From Babesia bigemina (taxonomy: Eukaryota): a stretch of DNA of 64,000 nucleotides. The position numbers and the translations under genes are program-made. Under the pieces are notes generated by a model. The model was given only the letters and a program-made list of their open reading frames with translations. It made no database searches and was not told where the DNA came from. Below are positions 61,709-64,000 of this stretch, one piece after another (within the stretch, counting starts at the first letter, position 1; each line of letters opens with the position of its first letter). The stretch is from assembly GCF_000981445.1 (NCBI RefSeq), contig NC_027217.1:558001-622000 (forward strand). The letters are read 5' to 3'.

Positions 61709-62695
61709 TTAAATTGGGCTGGCAGCGTTCAGATTCGCCACTGTCGGCATACCAGGATAATAAGTGTTGTCCGATCCGAGTGCGTTGTCTGTTTTGGCAG
61801 GCTTCTTAGCCAGCTTGGAATTCCAGGCATTTACCAAACCCATGTTAACGCCATTGTCACCTCCAGTTATTGGATAGGATCCATATTTGCTATGGTAGTA
61901 CTTAAGAGCTTCTGCAACTCCTGCACTGTCTAATCCGTGGTACATCCAGAATTCCGATAGGTCGGCTAAGGTGCCCAAAATATCGTAATCAAAGTCCCTC
62001 AACGCATTGGAGACATCTGAAGGACTCATGCTAGCTCGGCATGCCGGTCCTACGTAACGCAAAGCATTCAATAGGTTTTCCACATCCGCCTTCGCTCTAT
62101 CCGGTGCCGATTTAACAACTTCAGCAGCAGTCGCATCCTTTAAAGACGTGAGACCTGCGTACAACATGGGTGCAATACCCACGAATACCGCTGCGCATTC
62201 TTGCGGGTTGTCCGAGCAGGATGCCTCCCACGTTGCTTTAGAGCTGTAAGCAGACTTGTACTGCCCAGGTACCTGTATACTTTTCAAGAACGTCTCACAA
62301 ACATCCACCGATTTAGACAACTTCTCGGCGATGTTTTCACCGTTTATACCCCAGTGCTTCACGAATTTTCTACCACCGAGTTCGGAAATACCTTTAAAGA
62401 ACTTTACGAAGAAATCGGATTTTTGATCCTTGGGCTCATTGAACTTCGCCAGCATCGTTTCCACGACACGCCGGTCTTTAAGCTCCTCTTGCTCCAAGAA
62501 CTCTTTAGTAATAAGCGTAACATACTGATAAATTGGTAATTTGTCGGACCCAACCGGCTTGTCTGCGAGAAAGTTGTAAACTGCGTCACTAATAGCCTTC
62601 AAATTATTCTCGAAACCATTTCGCTTCAGAGCTACTAACCAGTCAATACCCTCCCTGAAATTACGAGGGGCGTAAGTCAACGAGGTGTACACCAT
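61709..62695 (-). CDS. Short ves-related protein (VESA N-terminal-like / ves2-type family), 328 aa
   Basis: MVYTSLTYAPRNFREGIDWL, YKSAYSSKATWEASC..PQECAAVFVGIAPMLY. Paralogue of 14258-15004 with a longer C-terminus. Confidence 0.8.
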   Translation of the reverse strand: MVYTSLTYAPRNFREGIDWLVALKRNGFENNLKAISDAVYNFLADKPVGSDKLPIYQYVTLITKEFLEQEELKDRRVVETMLAKFNEPKDQKSDFFVKFFKGISELGGRKFVKHWGINGENIAEKLSKSVDVCETFLKSIQVPGQYKSAYSSKATWEASCSDNPQECAAVFVGIAPMLYAGLTSLKDATAAEVVKSAPDRAKADVENLLNALRYVGPACRASMSPSDVSNALRDFDYDILGTLADLSEFWMYHGLDSAGVAEALKYYHSKYGSYPITGGDNGVNMGLVNAWNSKLAKKPAKTDNALGSDNTYYPGMPTVANLNAASPI

Positions 62696-63718
62696 ATTGT
62701 AAATGTTCTCCAAATTAGACGGAGTTTATTTGAGTGTGCGCTTATTGTCTATTTGCATGCCGGTTTACAAAACAGGCCGAACCTTCAAAACAGCAACGCC
62801 TTAATGGCAGACCGACAAAAGCGGTGTCAACACCTGGTAAACCTGCGATAAATTGAACTATTAGGCGTCGTTAATGTGCCAAATATGTGGGAGGAGAAAA
62901 CTCAATTGCGGGCCGGCCATGCCATGGAAGACGGATCTACACATTTACGGTGGCATGCAGTATCCACAACGCATGTTACTACAGTGTGCAACGTTACAGC
63001 AGTGTTTACACACTAGAGACCTGTGTAGGTTAGCCGCGTTTGCGCTGGTCAATCAACAATTGAAATCGTACGATGGATTGCGTATGGTATGACACAACAT
63101 AAGCCGCTCCGTGTTCATGACTCCTCGCAGCTTACAGGAATATAACAGCATATACGCCATGGGAGTGCGCACTTAGTTAGGCAAGCAAACAGTAAAATGA
63201 TGTAGGGAGTACTATTTCATTTAGAATCCGAGTCAGGTGTCCAAATGGGTTGCCATCCAGATTCACTGCATTGTAATCACGGGGTGGAGCAGCCAACGGC
63301 CCACCATCCGCGTTAATTGGCGATTCCTACTGCTGTAACCAGGTTCAACGTCAACGATGCCACGTCTATGCGCCTTGCGCTAGCTATGGGCATCATCACA
63401 TTATCTATATGCTGTGACCTTCGCACCTACTGTACTGGGTGTATGTTTTTAATGTTGTGGCCTTAGCCGCATCATGCTCCATCGTAATACTTGCGGTGAC
63501 CATAACGTTAAGCCACGATCTCCTCTCTCACATCTTCGAAAGTGGTGCACGTTGCTCATCCATCACCACGTGCTAATGACATTGTTCCATCTAACCAAGG
63601 GCTTTGCAATGTAGTTGACTACTGAGTTATCTCAACCACTGCATATAGTCTCATCTGTTAGATTTATTTCTCATATCATCATTATGTTAATATGGGAGTG
63701 TGCATTCTGGCACTACGT

Positions 63719-64000
63719 CTCACGTTCCAACACGAAAGGTCGGGCCTCTTGTTGAGCCAAGGGGTGTCGGGCGTATTTCCAAGTTGCCTGATATTTACCT
63801 TAGTCCTAACATATTGGCATGTTTCTGACACGTAATATACCTTAGTGGATAGCCTCGTACTTCTACCTCGCCTAGCCCATCACGGTGCATGCTGTGGGTG
63901 GGCCCGGTGTCTCGTAGAGCAGCATTTCGCAATCGCCCGTATGATCATATGTGTCTTTACAAAGCATGTATTGTGCTTCTCTGCGCTGATACAAGGAGTA
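63719..64000 (-). repeat. Dispersed repeat, copy 2 (runs off the window end); possible gypsy integrase relic
   Basis: Reverse complement matches 11551-11832 with 12 mismatches in 282 bp. Confidence 0.95.

Noticed and set aside
63500..63660. Possible tiny ves remnant (GARCSSITTC) near repeat copy 2
   Set aside because: Too short and interrupted by stops to support.

Overview
This is eukaryotic DNA from an apicomplexan piroplasm, most likely Babesia of the B. bigemina/B. ovata group. The call rests on ves-family sequences, a 6-Cys gene, an apicomplexan-type cytochrome c1 and many 34-43-nt GT-AG introns. All product calls come from recognising motifs by eye; no database search was run. A gene-dense, GC-rich core holds XPO7-like, WDR70, TRAPPC13, MFAP1, C12orf4/FERRY3-like, SmD3, FHA-RINGv, RAP-domain, 2H phosphoesterase, TBC RabGAP, WDR7, tRNA-Gly, POLE3, RFC5, a degenerate AAA, IF3-like, GAPDH, cytochrome c1 and ZMAT2 genes. 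Three more AT-rich accessory zones interrupt it. (1) About 7.8-16.9 kb: 6-Cys gene, dispersed repeat, ves1 pseudogene fragment and a short ves-like gene. (2) 47.4-56.0 kb: an 8.6-kb quasi-palindrome carrying two head-to-head MFS transporter paralogues, whose non-coding flanks are near-identical while the coding regions diverge in patches. (3) About 60.8-64 kb: a second short ves-like gene and an inverted second copy of the repeat. The main candidates for something new are the MFS quasi-palindrome and the ves-associated repeat of at least 282 bp, which reads like a decayed Ty3/gypsy integrase. Also notable are an apparently stand-alone Trl1-CPD-like 2H enzyme and a hidden WDR7 terminal exon that overlaps a convergent gene.
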